Shown one piece after another: positions 1 to 13,275 of a stretch of 64,000 nt of DNA (position 1 is its first letter; every line of letters begins with the position of its first letter). Both the position numbers and the translations under genes were made by a program. The stretch is taken from NCBI RefSeq assembly GCF_006345805.1, contig NC_043020.1, positions 24,428,001 through 24,492,000 of the forward strand, read 5' to 3'. The stretch comes from Octopus sinensis (Eukaryota). A model generated the notes under the pieces. It had not been told where the DNA came from. It worked only from the letters and a program-made list of their open reading frames with translations, and did not search any database.

Positions 1-769
1 TCATTTTTATGATCAATGCGCTTGTTATGATTGTAACGATGACAGCTGTGGTGGTAGTGGTTATTACTGTGTAGAGATCACTACAGTAGATTTTGCAGTG
101 CTGGTTGCGTGTGCAGTAGATGTTGTAGTTAGGTGTTAGTAGTATAGAAATTTAAAGTGATATTGTAATGATGTTTATTGATAGACGTAGTAACTGCAAC
201 TCTTTTTTGCTGTTGCCATTGCGCTGATGCTAGCTCGGATGGTTGTTTAGGATAGGACGGTGGGGGGGGGGTGATGAAAAAATACATGTTGCATCTTGTT
301 ATTGTACAGTTTGTGTTATTGTTGTTGGTGTATATTATTTTCACTCATTTTGTTCACCCCAAAATAAACAACTTTCAAAATGGCGCCTACATTTTCAACA
401 TTTTCCTTTATTTGCTAGTATATCGCTGTGTCGAGAAAATTAATAGGAGCGAAAAATGGCGAATTGTTGAACAAAAAACAAAAATGAAAGAAAAGCAACG
501 GAAAAATCAAACACAAAAAAAAGCTCATCATACCCAACCAAACAGCACAAAACCATTTCATAAAAGAGTTTCTCCTCTCTACCAAATCTGATTGGTCAAT
601 ACAGATCAAGGGCTTCCCTATAAACCCCACCATGTCATTTTTGCGTATTTTATTTTATTTGATACCATTTTTTTATTCATTAATGTTTATTCGTTCTTAT
701 TTGTCTCACAAGCTCACTCTTTAATCATACCCACACCTTTTTTCCTTTCTAATTCTGTCTGTCTGTCTC

Positions 770-930
770 TCTACATACACACACACATATAGATATATAA
801 ATACATACATACATATACACACATACATATATGCATACATACATACACATACTTATATATATGTATGCATACACACATATATATATATATACCTATATAT
901 ATGCATACATGCACACACATATATATGCAT

Positions 931-975
<45 letters not shown>

Positions 976-1105
976 CACCTACATATATGCATATATGCGA
1001 ATACATACACGTACACACAATATATATATATATATATACACGCACATATATGCATATATACACATACATATATATTTATATATGTATATATATAATGTAC
1101 GTATG

Positions 1106-1139
<34 letters not shown>

Positions 1140-1145
1140 ATACGT
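770..1145. repeat. Compound (CA)/(TA) microsatellite
   Basis: Direct reading. Confidence 0.95.
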
Positions 1146-1349
1146 ATACCCGGCACTTCTTCCTCTCCTCCTCCTCATTCGTTTAGCTCTTCTATGTTTG
1201 TTCATTTGTTGATATGTTTTTATTCTTTGTTACTGATTAAGTTTTTCTTCGCGCATGCGCAATCATGCATGGAATCAGTTTCTGTCGGGATTGTTTTTTA
1301 TTTATATAGTTCTTTTCTTTTCGCTATGCACCAATACCATTACTAGTAC

Positions 1350-1714
1350 AATTATTATTATTATTATTATTACTATTATTATTATTAATATTATTATTAT
1401 TATTATTACTATTATTATTATTATTATTAATACTATTATTATTATTAATACTATTATTATTATTACTATTATTATTATTAATACTATTATTATTATTATT
1501 ATTATTCATATAATTATTATTATCATTATTATTAATATTATTATCATCATTATCATTATTATTATTACTATTTTTATTATTCATATATATATATTATCGA
1601 TATTAATATTATTTCATTATTATTACTATTCATATTATTATCACCATTATCAATCATTATTTCATGTGTTTTATTATTATCCTTATTTTAATATCACTGT
1701 CATCATCATTACTC

Positions 1715-1766
<52 letters not shown>

Positions 1767-1800
1767 CATCATCATCATCATAATCATTATAATTATTGCA
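1350..1800. repeat. Interrupted (ATT)n microsatellite
   Basis: Direct reading. Source of the poly-Ile and poly-Asn ORFs. Confidence 0.95.
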
Positions 1801-1940
1801 CAAATAATAGTACTACGCTAGTACGTTTAGTTTCATCTTGATGTTCTTATTAACGTTAGTATCACTGCTGTTAATACGATTATTATTAATAGTAATAAAT
1901 TTATTATTATTCTTCACATTGAGATTATTATTATTAATGT

Positions 1941-2186
1941 GACGAGCTGTCAGAATGGATCGCACGCGGAACAAAGTGTTTTGCGGTATTTGGCCTTCCC
2001 TAAAAAGAAATAGGTATTTGGCCTTCCTTTACATTCTCAGTTGAATTTCCACATAGGTCAGCTATGCATTTCTTCCGTTCGGGGTCGATAAAATAAGAAC
2101 TAGTCGAACTCTTCGGGGTCGGGGTCGATGTAATCGACTTAATTCTTATCCCGAAATTGCTGGCATCGTGCCAGAATTTGAAACCA
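1941..2186 (+). mobile_element. SINE family A, degenerate copy
   Basis: Matches the recurrent core (ttctgagttcaaattccgccgaggtcgactttgcctttcatcctttcggggtcga) seen more than 15 times in the window. Confidence 0.65.
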
Positions 2187-3387
2187 TTGTTGTTATTGCT
2201 GCCGCAGCAAATACTAGTGGCCTTGTTTATCGAAGGGTAACTGTTATAATCATTTTATTCGGGAGGCTGACAACCATTACAATCATCACAATCATCGTAT
2301 ACAACCCACAGTATTTGCAGTATGTATATACTACTGTTTGTGCTTTAAATAAGTGTTTATGTGTACACACATACATACATACACACATACATATATATAT
2401 AAGTAAATTTTCCATGTTAACGGTAAATAAAGGATAATTCATTCATCCAATTATATATATGTGTGTGTGTGTGTGTGTGGTGTGTGTGTGTGCGTGTGTG
2501 TGTATGCATGTATGTATATATGTATGTGTATATATATACGTAGATGTGTGTGTATATATGTATATATATATATGTATATGTATGTATATATGTATATATA
2601 TGTATGTATATATATATGTGTATGTATATATATGTATATATGTATGTTATATATGTATATTTGTATGTTATATATGTATATGTGTATATATATATGTATA
2701 TGTATGTGTATATATATATCTTTGCATTGTATAATTGTTTCGTCACACCGGCTGGTTCGCTGTTGCTCATGACCAGGTACATTGGTAAGGTCATAACCTC
2801 TGAACTTAGAGATGTCCAAGACATTTGTGTTCTGCTTGAACTTTTGATGATATTTGTAAGGAAAATTGGTAGCTTTCCAGAGGTTTGCCTCACAGCGAGG
2901 AAAGAGATTTATGCAATAGGAGTGTGTGTACGTGCGTGTTTGTGTGTGTGTGTGTGTGTGTGGTGTGTGTGTGTGTGTATTTCGCATGTGTATTCGCTAA
3001 GCACATGACCCAATGCGTGTGTTGAGACTAAAATGCCTTATAATTCATCGGATAGGAAATGGCAGTAATACGGGTCTCTTCAACTCTCTTATGTATCATA
3101 AAACATACGGATATACTTCGGAGAAATGGAATGTGCAGTTGTGTTTCATTCGGATACCACTTGGATTATAACCCTAACTACATGGTATATGAGAATATAT
3201 ACAATAAAATACACATATAAGAATAAAGTTTATATATATGTATATATATATATATATCATAGCGTAGGCTCGAAATATAAAAGGATTTTCCATTCTTCCC
3301 GAGCGTTAAACTTATACACCTGATTGTTATTCTTAGTCCTGGAATACGTACACAGGTATATATACTTATGTATGTATGTATGTATGT

Positions 3388-3482
<95 letters not shown>

Positions 3483-3504
3483 TATATATATATATATATA
3501 TATA

Positions 3505-3908
3505 CCGCCAACTTTGCCCAAACGACCTGACAAGCTTCAAGGTTCATCCAAGACTGGACCACGGGCCATACGTCCCCTGCCCAATTCAAGATCACAGCAT
3601 ACTTATACACTACAACATAATTTCTTTTCCTCAACAGGCCCTGCCCTATTTAACATTGTCCCGAAAGAGATCAAAGAGGAAAAGGATCCCATCAACTTTA
3701 AGCGGAGTCTGGATAGATTCCTTCAAAGAATACCAGATAAGCCACCCATAATTGGATACAACTAACCCAACAAAAACTCACTACTTGAATGGACCATAAG
3801 CAAAACTTGACTTAAACAGGATTCGAATAATCCTATCAGGTGGTGCTATTAAGTTAGACATGGCCTGGACCAATCATTGGTCGAAACATATCTAAGTTTA
3901 TCTAAGTT
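3505..3908 (+). mobile_element. 3' end of a CR1/L2-group non-LTR retrotransposon, 5' truncated
   Basis: ORF 3514-3765 contains NFFSSTGPALFNIVPKEIK...NFKRSLDRFLQRIPDKP, the typical ORF2 C-terminus of CR1/L2-group LINEs. It is followed by a 3' UTR with stem-loop gaccaa-tca-ttggtc and a (tatctaagtt)2 tail. Embedded in TA repeats. Confidence 0.75.
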
Positions 3909-4209
3909 TATATATACACATATAAATATATGCGGAAACAGAATTTTTAAAAAAGGCCATTCATAAGAATCTACGATAATAGTAAAGATGTGTGGAGGAG
4001 AATGCAGGAAAAAAAGTACTGGATTGAGCTTAGAAACCGATGTAAAATCTACCTTTCATTTGTTTCAGTCATTAGATTGCCACCATTTTCGGACACAGCT
4101 TTGAAGCTTTTAGTTGAACAAATGTTTTCTACGATATATTTTGAAAAATGACAATTTTCTATCGGTCAATTTTGCCGAACCTCTATAATAGAGGCTTACG
4201 TATACGCAT

Positions 4210-4269
<60 letters not shown>

Positions 4270-4811
4270 ATATATTATATATATATACATGTACACAATA
4301 TATGCGTGTATATATAATATATATATATATATGTGTGTGGTGTGTGTGTGTGTGTGTGTGTGTCTTTGTGTGGATAGATATAGAGAGTAGTTAGTGAGAG
4401 AAATAGAATATAAAATGAATCTGGAAATGCCGAACGGAAGAAGCTGCAGCCTTCTGTTTAGGGAAACTGTCCAAAAGAACAATTGTCCCTGCAAATTAGT
4501 AGTTTTGCATGGTGGGGAGAGACAGAGACAGAGAGAGGGAGAGAGAGACAGAAAGGGAGAGAGAGATGGACAGAGAGAGCGTAAGCGTTAAAAAAAAGGA
4601 GAGAAAAAGTGCCAATATGAAAGGCGATCTCATTAAGAAAGTAAGCCTGCTGTTGAGAAAGTCTGCCAAACTCTTAACACGTTTGTCTCGGTAATAGCTA
4701 ATTGATTTGAAATTAAGTTTTGCTGCTTGCCAAATATAGAAGAGTCTACATGACAGTAAATAATAACCATTATGAAGTGCCAGCATCAATGCTTCCAGAC
4801 GTTTATATATG

Positions 4812-4852
<41 letters not shown>

Positions 4853-5444
4853 TGTGTGTGTGTATGTGTGCTTTGTGTATGTGGTTCCGCGGTTCTGTAT
4901 GTAGAAATGACATTAAGTCATGTATGTATTTGTTGTAAATGTGCTACATGTAATGTCTGGATGTTTATGAGTAGTTCCTGTACGAATGTATGTCAGTTAT
5001 GTGTGCATGTGTGTGTCTGTATATATGTGTTTGCATTGAGGTCGGTGATCATAGCGGCCGTTTGTGCTAGAAGCATGCAGATTTGCTTATGTACGGCGTG
5101 TGTGCGTTTATGTCTGTTGACTGTATTGATATATTATGCATATGTATGCGTGTGCATATGTGTATTTCAGTAGTATGTATAATATATATATATATATGAT
5201 GTGCGCGCGCGTGTTACGTGTGTAACGTGCAAGTGTAAGCCGAACGTATTTCTATGTGTATGTATATATATATATGTATGTGTGTGTATGTGTATGTATA
5301 TGTATATGCATATATATGCGTGTGTGTGTGTACGTATATATGTGTATATGTATGTATATATGTGTGTCTGTATGTTTGTATGCATATACAGATGGACAGA
5401 TAGATAAATATGTAGTCAGTTCAAAAAAGACAGAGAAAAAGACA

Positions 5445-5560
5445 AAAGAAAAAACAAACAAACATGAGGATCTAGCACAAGCAATGTATTAAAATGATGC
5501 TCGGAGAAAGAAGAGAGTAGTTGTTTTATATTTCGAGCATAGCTCTTCATCGGAAAGAGG
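5445..5560 (-). mobile_element. Second copy of the hammerhead-like short repeat
   Basis: Minus strand CCGATGA-A-GAGC-TAT-GCTC-GAAA-TATA, followed by ccgagcatcattttaatacattgcttgtgctagatcctcatgtt, homologous to 12797-12840. Confidence 0.55.
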
Positions 5561-5724
5561 AAAAACAGGAAAGTACAAATGGAAAGAACGATGAAAGGAG
5601 AAAAATCGCCAGTTTGTCAGAGTCTTTCTCTAGGGGTCACTTTAAAACATGTATGTCGCATATGACATACATGTCTACTTTTACGTATATACATGATGTA
5701 TGCATTTGTATACATGAATGAAAG

Positions 5725-5801
<77 letters not shown>

Positions 5802-6421
5802 TGTGTTTCTCTACATGTAAAGGGTGCATACATATATTTGATACGTTTGCATATCTGTGTGTGGTACATTTGGGTACAATGTAAAAATGTATTAAGGCAA
5901 TCATATACATCAGCAAGTTAGATGTATTTATATATAAACAAGTATTACATACGTATATACATATCTATGTATAAATGTATATACACGAACGTACGTGCGT
6001 AAACGATGCTTCACGAATGCGTTTGTGTCAGCAATCTCGCCTGTCCTGTTCGAGTCGACCAACGATCTACGCCGATTTTATCCTGGACCGTCCCGACTTC
6101 ATTGATTTATTTATTCATTATTTCGGGCATTTTGAATATCAAAATGGAAGAATTATTCAAAGTAATTTTCTAATTTACAAAAAAACCCGTCCGTGTCGTC
6201 TGTTAATAATCACTGCTACACTTCTTCGGCACAGCCTTTAACATATCCACCAAATGTTTATACATTTTTGTTCCATTTGAATTACTTCCCTTCTCATAGC
6301 GTAAATGGCCGTAAGTAGGTTAGAACATACTACTGTATTAATATAGTCACGTCATGGCGAAGGAATATTGGTAAGAGCCCTGATAATAGAGAAACACATA
6401 CACATATATATATACATCGTC

Positions 6422-6622
6422 TGTCACTGGTTTCAGTCATTGGACTGGGATCTTGCCAGGGAACCACCTTCAAGGGTTTCAGTCGAACGAATCGACCTTA
6501 GTACTAATCTTTTACAGCTTGGTACGTCTCTTACGGCGAATCCTTAAATCCTTAAACAAGCCAAAGCATGTTGTTAAGCGGTGGTCGGGGACAGACAAAA
6601 CAGCACACTCAGGACGTGTGTG

Positions 6623-6666
<44 letters not shown>

Positions 6667-6790
6667 CACACACCACGAACTTCTTTCAGTTTCCTTCTTA
6701 CAAGACCTTTCGTCACCCAGTGGTCATAGAAGAAGATACATGCCGAAGGTGTGACGCAGTGGAACAGAACAGATAACAACGTGGTTGGGA
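6422..6790 (-). mobile_element. SINE family B with an internal TA tract, degenerate
   Basis: Same order as 61173-61580: 3' part, then TA/CA tract at 6620-6672, then body and head. Confidence 0.7.
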
Positions 6791-6811
6791 AACAAATTTC
6801 ATACGATCTGC

Positions 6812-6844
<33 letters not shown>

Positions 6845-6847
6845 TAT

Positions 6848-7297
6848 AAATGTATAAGGTAGCAGAAAATAATAGAGAATACGCCATGTATAATACAAGA
6901 GAGCGGAAAAATAAAGAAATTTGCTAATATAAACAAACAAAAGTTGTCTGGAATGGAAAGGAGGTGTACGAATTCTTTTGACCAAAGTTATTCTGCATGT
7001 AGGAAAGACAAGGAAAAGCAATTTGGCAAGTGGAAATAAATTTAACGACAACAATACAGCGGAGTCATTGTGAATGGTGACTTCGAAGGCGGTAGATAAT
7101 AAAAGTAACTCTCTTATTACCTGTTAATGTTTTACCATATATTGTTCTTGCAGCAACGCCAAATTCGAAGCAAGGAAAGAAAATATTCTTCATTGTTTGG
7201 TTTTATAGCGTCTTAATTTCATTTACTTTTTTTTCCTTTTGCTTCCTTACCACACAATACATATGCATACATTACATAGATACAGAGACACAGCTGT

Positions 7298-7353
<56 letters not shown>

Positions 7354-7804
7354 GTATAAGGTAGCAGAAAATAATAGAGAATACGCCATGTATAATACAA
7401 GAGAGCGGAAAAAAAAAATAAAGAATTTGCTAATATAAACAAACAAAAGTTGTCTGGAATGGAAAGGAGGTGTACGAATTCTTTTGACCAAAGTTATTCT
7501 GCATGTAGGAAAGACAAGGAAAAGCAATTTGGCAAGTGGAAATAAATTTAACGACAACAATACAGCGGAGTCATGTGAATGGTGACTTCGAAGGCGGTAG
7601 ATAATAAAAGTAACTCTCTTATTACCTGTTAATGTTTTACCATATATTGTTCTTGCAGCAACGCCAAATTCGAAGCAAGGAAAGAAAATATTCTTCATTG
7701 TTTGGTTTTATAGCGTCTTAATTTCATTTACTATTTTTTTCCTTTTGCTTCCTTACCACACAATACATATGCATACATTTACATAGATACAGAGACACAG
7801 CTGT

Positions 7805-7865
<61 letters not shown>
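6848..7865. repeat. Tandem direct duplication, unit about 500 bp
   Basis: 6848-7349 and 7350-~7865 are near identical; the differences seen are small indels. Each unit ends in (CA)n(TA)n. Confidence 0.95.
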
Positions 7866-7873
<8 letters not shown>

Positions 7874-8164
7874 CACACACACACACGTACATAAATACGT
7901 TTGTGTTCTTCAGTAAACATTACCGCTTTTTTTCCTAAGTGCCATTTATCTTTGCCATAAATTCTGCAATGCAAAGAAACTGGGTGCCTGGCATAATTAA
8001 GAATCTGTTAGGTTTTCTTTCAAAGCCTCACTCTCCAAGAAATCAAAGATTAACCTGTACTATGTGTGTTAGTGCGTGTATGCGTTTTAATGTACACATG
8101 TGAGTGTGTGCGCATGTATGAGTTTCAATATACGTATGTAAGTGTTTGTGAGCGTGTGTGAGTA

Positions 8165-8208
<44 letters not shown>

Positions 8209-8229
8209 AGAAAGAAAACAATAATACCG

Positions 8230-8267
8230 AGATAGATAGACAGATAGAAAGTTAGTTACATAGATGA

Positions 8268-8304
<37 letters not shown>

Positions 8305-8464
8305 AAGTTAGCCAGTTAGATAGACGGATAGATAGACAGAAATTTAGTTAAATTGAAAGAAAGATAACTAGCTAGCTTGATAGACAGACAGCTAGCTAGC
8401 TAGCTTGATAGACAGACAGCTAGCTAGCTAACTTGATAGACAGACAGCTAGCTAGCTAGCTAGC

Positions 8465-8536
<72 letters not shown>

Positions 8537-8540
8537 CATA
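8230..8540. repeat. (GATA)n with an embedded AGCT-containing minisatellite
   Basis: Three copies of cttgatagacagacagctagctagc at 8375-8465 lie between pure GATA runs. Confidence 0.9.
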
Positions 8541-9690
8541 TATTTATAAAGTGAAGAATCGACATGAGTAAAACATTTATGTCACCCAAGAATGTTAATT
8601 CATAGAAATAAATGAGAACATAGCAATCCCGGAAACTAGCTTTAATCCTACATATCGAGTTTTCTTTGATCATATTAAGTTCTTTTTCTTTATTTCTCTC
8701 TTTTTTCTCCATCTCTCTTTTAAAGTGCTCTAATTACCATAGAAAATCATAAAGAATGTTAATAAATCCACAATATATTTTTTACTTAAAATGTTATTTG
8801 AATTAATCAGTGCAGTCAGCCATTTTGCTACTCGGCTGTTTAAAGAACTCTGCCATAGCTCTCCGTAAGTTGTACTTATTTGATCCTGAACACTAAATGT
8901 TTTGCCCACGTCTTCTCATTTCAAACAACCTGGCCCCAGTTGCTCCCCTTCTCTCCCTCCCTCCATCCCCCCCTCTATCTGTCTTTCTCCCCCCGTCACT
9001 CAGTCTCTTTCTCTCATTACTCTTTTACTCTTTTACTTGTTTCAGTCATTTGACTGCGGCCATGCTGGAGCACTGCCATTATTTATTTCCAGTTATAATG
9101 GTAATTTATTAATAGAAAAATGTTTTCTATCATTTGTCGCAGCTCATTGCCTTCAAATCCCACCGCGGTTACCTTTACCTTTTATCTTTCCGCGGCCGAG
9201 AAAATAAACTAGAAGTAGCTGGGCCTCGAAATAGCTGGCCCTGTGCATAAATTTGAAATTCTTATTTATTATTATTATTATTAGTTCATCCTGCGCATTA
9301 AAACAGAACTCTGGTAAATTTCTCGATCACTCATTCATGAGCGGTATCGATCAACCGATGTTCGAACCTATTGATTTGCTTGTTGGGGATTCTAGGTACA
9401 AATAATACCATCTACAGCAGTACTCATCTGCCACTGTTGGAAGACTGATGGCAACCAAAACCGACCTTGCCTCAACTCGAACTCAAAACGTAAGAGATCA
9501 TCCACCTGAAACTATGAACATGCCAGTAGGTCGTTGTTGCCCATACTCACAATACCGTGTAGACACATGTCAATAATGTGTTACGAAGCCTTACTACACA
9601 CAGAAACATGTACATATATATCTGTCTATCTATATATATTCTTTTACTTGTTTCAGTCATTTGACTGCGGTCAATAAATCATTATTAATA

Positions 9691-9893
9691 AAGGCGGCAG
9701 GAATGTCAGCCGGGCGAAATGCTTAGCCATATTTCGTCTGTCTTTATGTTCTGAGTTCAAATTCCGTCGAGGTCAACTTTGCCTTTAATCCTTTCGGCGT
9801 CGATAAATTAAGTACCAGTTGCGTACTGATCTCGATCTAATCGACTGGCCCCCTCCCCAAAAATTTCGGGCCTTGTGCCTAGAGCAGAAAAGA
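9691..9893 (+). mobile_element. SINE family A
   Basis: ggcgaaatgcttagc...ttctgagttcaaattccgtcgaggtcaactttgcctttaatcc, ending in a short AT-rich tail. Confidence 0.85.
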
Positions 9894-10089
9894 TTATTCA
9901 TTAATTAAAAAATTGACAAACATCTCTTACAGCTGCTTCAATTCAGACTCTCCTAAAAATTAATTAATTGAATTAAAAAATATTCGAAATTCGAATCTCA
10001 TCAGAGTTGGGGTAGATGAAGATATATGAAATAGTTGTTCCATTTCCTCATGTTGAATAAACGGCTGCAAACCGTCAATACACACAGAT

Positions 10090-10260
10090 ATATACACAAC
10101 AGACTTCTTTCACTTCCAGTCTACCACATCCACTCACAAGATTTTTGATGGCCCGCGGCTAGAGTAAAAGACGCTCGCCCAAGTTGCCACGCAGTGGGAC
10201 TGAACCCGGAACCATGTAACTTAAAAAGCAAATTTCTTACTACAGGGTCATACCAGCGAG
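10090..10260 (-). mobile_element. SINE family B head and body fragment
   Basis: Reverse complement of the 48022/57744 head (cacgcagtgggactgaacccggaaccatgt). Confidence 0.75.
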
Positions 10261-10514
10261 TGCGTCGTATATATACGTGTGTGTATGAGTACAGATAGTG
10301 TGTATGCGTATACATAAGTGATTAATACGTGTCTATACATACCAATTCTGTGTTTTTGTTTAATTAGTAAACTTATGGAAATATATCGTTATTTAAACAT
10401 TTATTAAAACCTAATAAATGATTTGTTATCCTTGTGTTAGTCTGACAAAACATTTTCTACACACTGCAGCGTTTTTGTTACTTTACTATTATTTAAAAGT
10501 TCATATATATATAT

Positions 10515-10655
<141 letters not shown>

Positions 10656-10959
10656 GTATACAGGACTGCAGACAGGACTACACTTTATAATGGATCACTC
10701 TATTACTGTTATAACTACTCAATTACGCCATCGCTCTTTACGACATTTGCTGATTACACCCGCGTCCAAATGTTTTTCATGAGGCTTGGAAACAGCGACA
10801 CACTTTCTTCTCGTTAGTGAATGACTTAAAGGCGGTAGATGGTAGAGTCGTCAGAGTATTGCTTAACAACTATTACTCTCTACATTCTGAGTTCGAATCG
10901 CGGTAAAGTAAATTTTCATTTCAATTTTTCTGAGTCGGTAGAATACTACCATTTTGTCA

Positions 10960-11268
10960 GTTGCGACGATACGGGTTCCAGTTGATCCGATCAACGGAAC
11001 AGTTTGGTCGTGTATTTAACGTACAGGTGGCTGAGCACTCCACAGACACCCGTACCCTTCACGTAGTTTTCAGGGAGATTCAGCATGACACAGAATATGA
11101 CAAGTCTGGCTCTTTTCCATTACACGTACAACTCATTTTTGCCAGCTGAGTGGACTGGACCATCAGGAAATAAAGTGTCTTGCTTAAGGCTTCAACGTAC
11201 CACAGATTATCGAACTCATGACATTGCATTCATGAGCCGAATACTCCTAACCACGTAGTCAGGCTCCT
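10960..11268 (-). mobile_element. SINE family C
   Basis: Reverse complement of the 12958-type element (gtggctgagcactccacagacac, gagtggactggac). Confidence 0.78.
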
Positions 11269-12529
11269 TCACTGAGTCGAAAGAATAGAGTATCATTGAA
11301 GTACATGGGTTCTTAGAATCGGCTGTCACTCTCCCACCCCGCGCTAATATTTCAAACTTCCTGGCTTTGTCTTTTACATTTAAAAGCATTTCTAAATATA
11401 AGAAGTGTCGGTTGGCAAGGTGGTTAGCGAGTCAGACAAATAGTGTTTGCCATGTTTAGCCACGGTGCTTTAAATTTTAGGTTCAAATTTAGCTGAACTG
11501 ACCTTTGAGTTTCATCCTTTCCGAGTCGATCAAATAACTCCTTATCTTCTGTCATTGAATTGCGGTCGTGCTGGAGCACCGTACGGAAATGTTTTATCAA
11601 ACAAATCGATCTCAGTACTTCTTTTATTTTTTTAGGTTTCATACTTATTCAAACGGTAGCTTTTACCGAATCGCTAATTTACGGGGACGTAAACAGGCCG
11701 ACGCCAGGAAGAACCGAATACCTTCACATCATTATCTACCATCGAAAAAAACAAAAAACAAAACAAATGATGGGATACATTAACCAATGTAATCCTAAAT
11801 CCTTTCAAAGGCAGCATTGTCAAGTCTGGAACACGGTTTAATCATCGATTTGCTGCTCGGTCGTAGCTGAACTGGATCGAAATATCCACGACATCAACAG
11901 CACAACAGTAAAAACAACAAGAGGCAGCACTCCATCGGTTACGACGATGAGGCATTCTCTCTCTCACTTATATATTTCAAAAGTTAGAAGAGGGAAAAAT
12001 AGACGAAAACTGGGTGAAAATATAACAGACAGAAAAGGGGAGACAAAAACACAATACAAGGAACACTCGCGGCTGATTTTCTCATGAGTTGGTTTCCGAG
12101 ACGTCTTAGTGGTTTCGCGCTATTTAACACTAAGGTCACTGTTACCTAACGGGAGCGCCAGAGCATAGAGCTACAGGAATAAAAAACTGGCGAATGCGTA
12201 CGAGGACAGGACAAAATAACATTGCGTGTACAATAAGAAATAAGATATAACAGACAAAAAATGGAACATATACAACAGAAAATGCCTTACGGCTGTACAA
12301 TGAATACGTGTCCAGTCTAAGTGTATCCTTCTTTTTCCGTCCGCTGCTGACCTAATAAGACACGTTTGCATTCCGCCTGTCAAGGACATTTTCCAGTTCT
12401 TGGTGCTAACTCAATACGTTTGTCTTGATAGCCGAAAAGGCGTTTCTGTTTCTATTGTATTTTATTGGTACTGTATACGTATAATTATCATTTTGCGTAT
12501 TCTACAGCACAACGCACCTTCATTTGTTT

Positions 12530-12647
<118 letters not shown>

Positions 12648-12744
12648 GCACACACAATAAGGACACTGTGTCTGTCTCCCTCTCTTTGTATGCAAACTAC
12701 ACACTACAGTTGGCAATTTCTTCTCCTGCTGTGGACTTTTCTCT

Positions 12745-12855
12745 TCCTCCCTTCCGACGAAGAGCTTGCTCGAAACGTCAAACTCTCTCCTTTCACCGAG
12801 CGTCATGCTAATACATTTCTTGTGCGCGTCCTCATGTTGTCCGTTTTTATTTGTT
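12745..12855 (+). mobile_element. Short repeat with minimal hammerhead-like motif (probable PLE 3' end or non-autonomous derivative)
   Basis: CCGACGA-A-GAGC-TT-GCTC-GAAA-C-GTC at 12754-12779. The downstream ~80 nt align with the reverse complement of 5445-5530. Confidence 0.6.
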
Positions 12856-12883
12856 TATTTAAATTGTTTTTTTTTAATTTACC

Positions 12884-12950
<67 letters not shown>

Positions 12951-12957
12951 ATGGGAT

Positions 12958-13275
12958 GAAGGCGCGCGATTCTGTGGTCAGGGTATTTGGCTCAAGATCA
13001 TCAGGTCATACGTTCAAATCACGGTGGCACATTGTGTCCTTGAGCAAGATGCTTTATTTCACGTTGCTCCAGATCACTCACATGGCAAAGATAAGTAGCA
13101 CATGCATTTCGAAAGGGGTCAACCGTGTCACATTCCGTGTCATACGGAATCTCCATGAGAACTATGTTAAGGGTACGCGTGTCTGTGGGGTGCTCAGCTA
13201 CTTGCACGTTAATTTCACCAGCAAGTTATTCTGTTGATCGGATCAATTGGACTCCTCCTCGTCGCAACCAACAGA
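12958..13275 (+). mobile_element. SINE family C
   Basis: gaaggcgcg head, gtccttgagcaagatgctttatttcacgttgctccag centre, shared tail ctcagctacttgcacgttaatttcac. Confidence 0.8.

Noticed and set aside
376-625. Promoter-like motifs (AAAATGGCG, ATTGG, TATAAA)
   Set aside because: Short motifs with conflicting orientation and no associated exon. Expected by chance.
771-1821. Long ORFs rich in Y/I/H/T or poly-Ile, here and throughout the window
   Set aside because: They are translations of TA, CA and ATT microsatellites, which lack stops in some frames.
7931-7970. Candidate minus-strand micro-exon (IYGKDKWHLGKKA)
   Set aside because: Good acceptor, but its phase-2 start does not follow the phase-0 end of exon 16624-16687, and there is no homology support.
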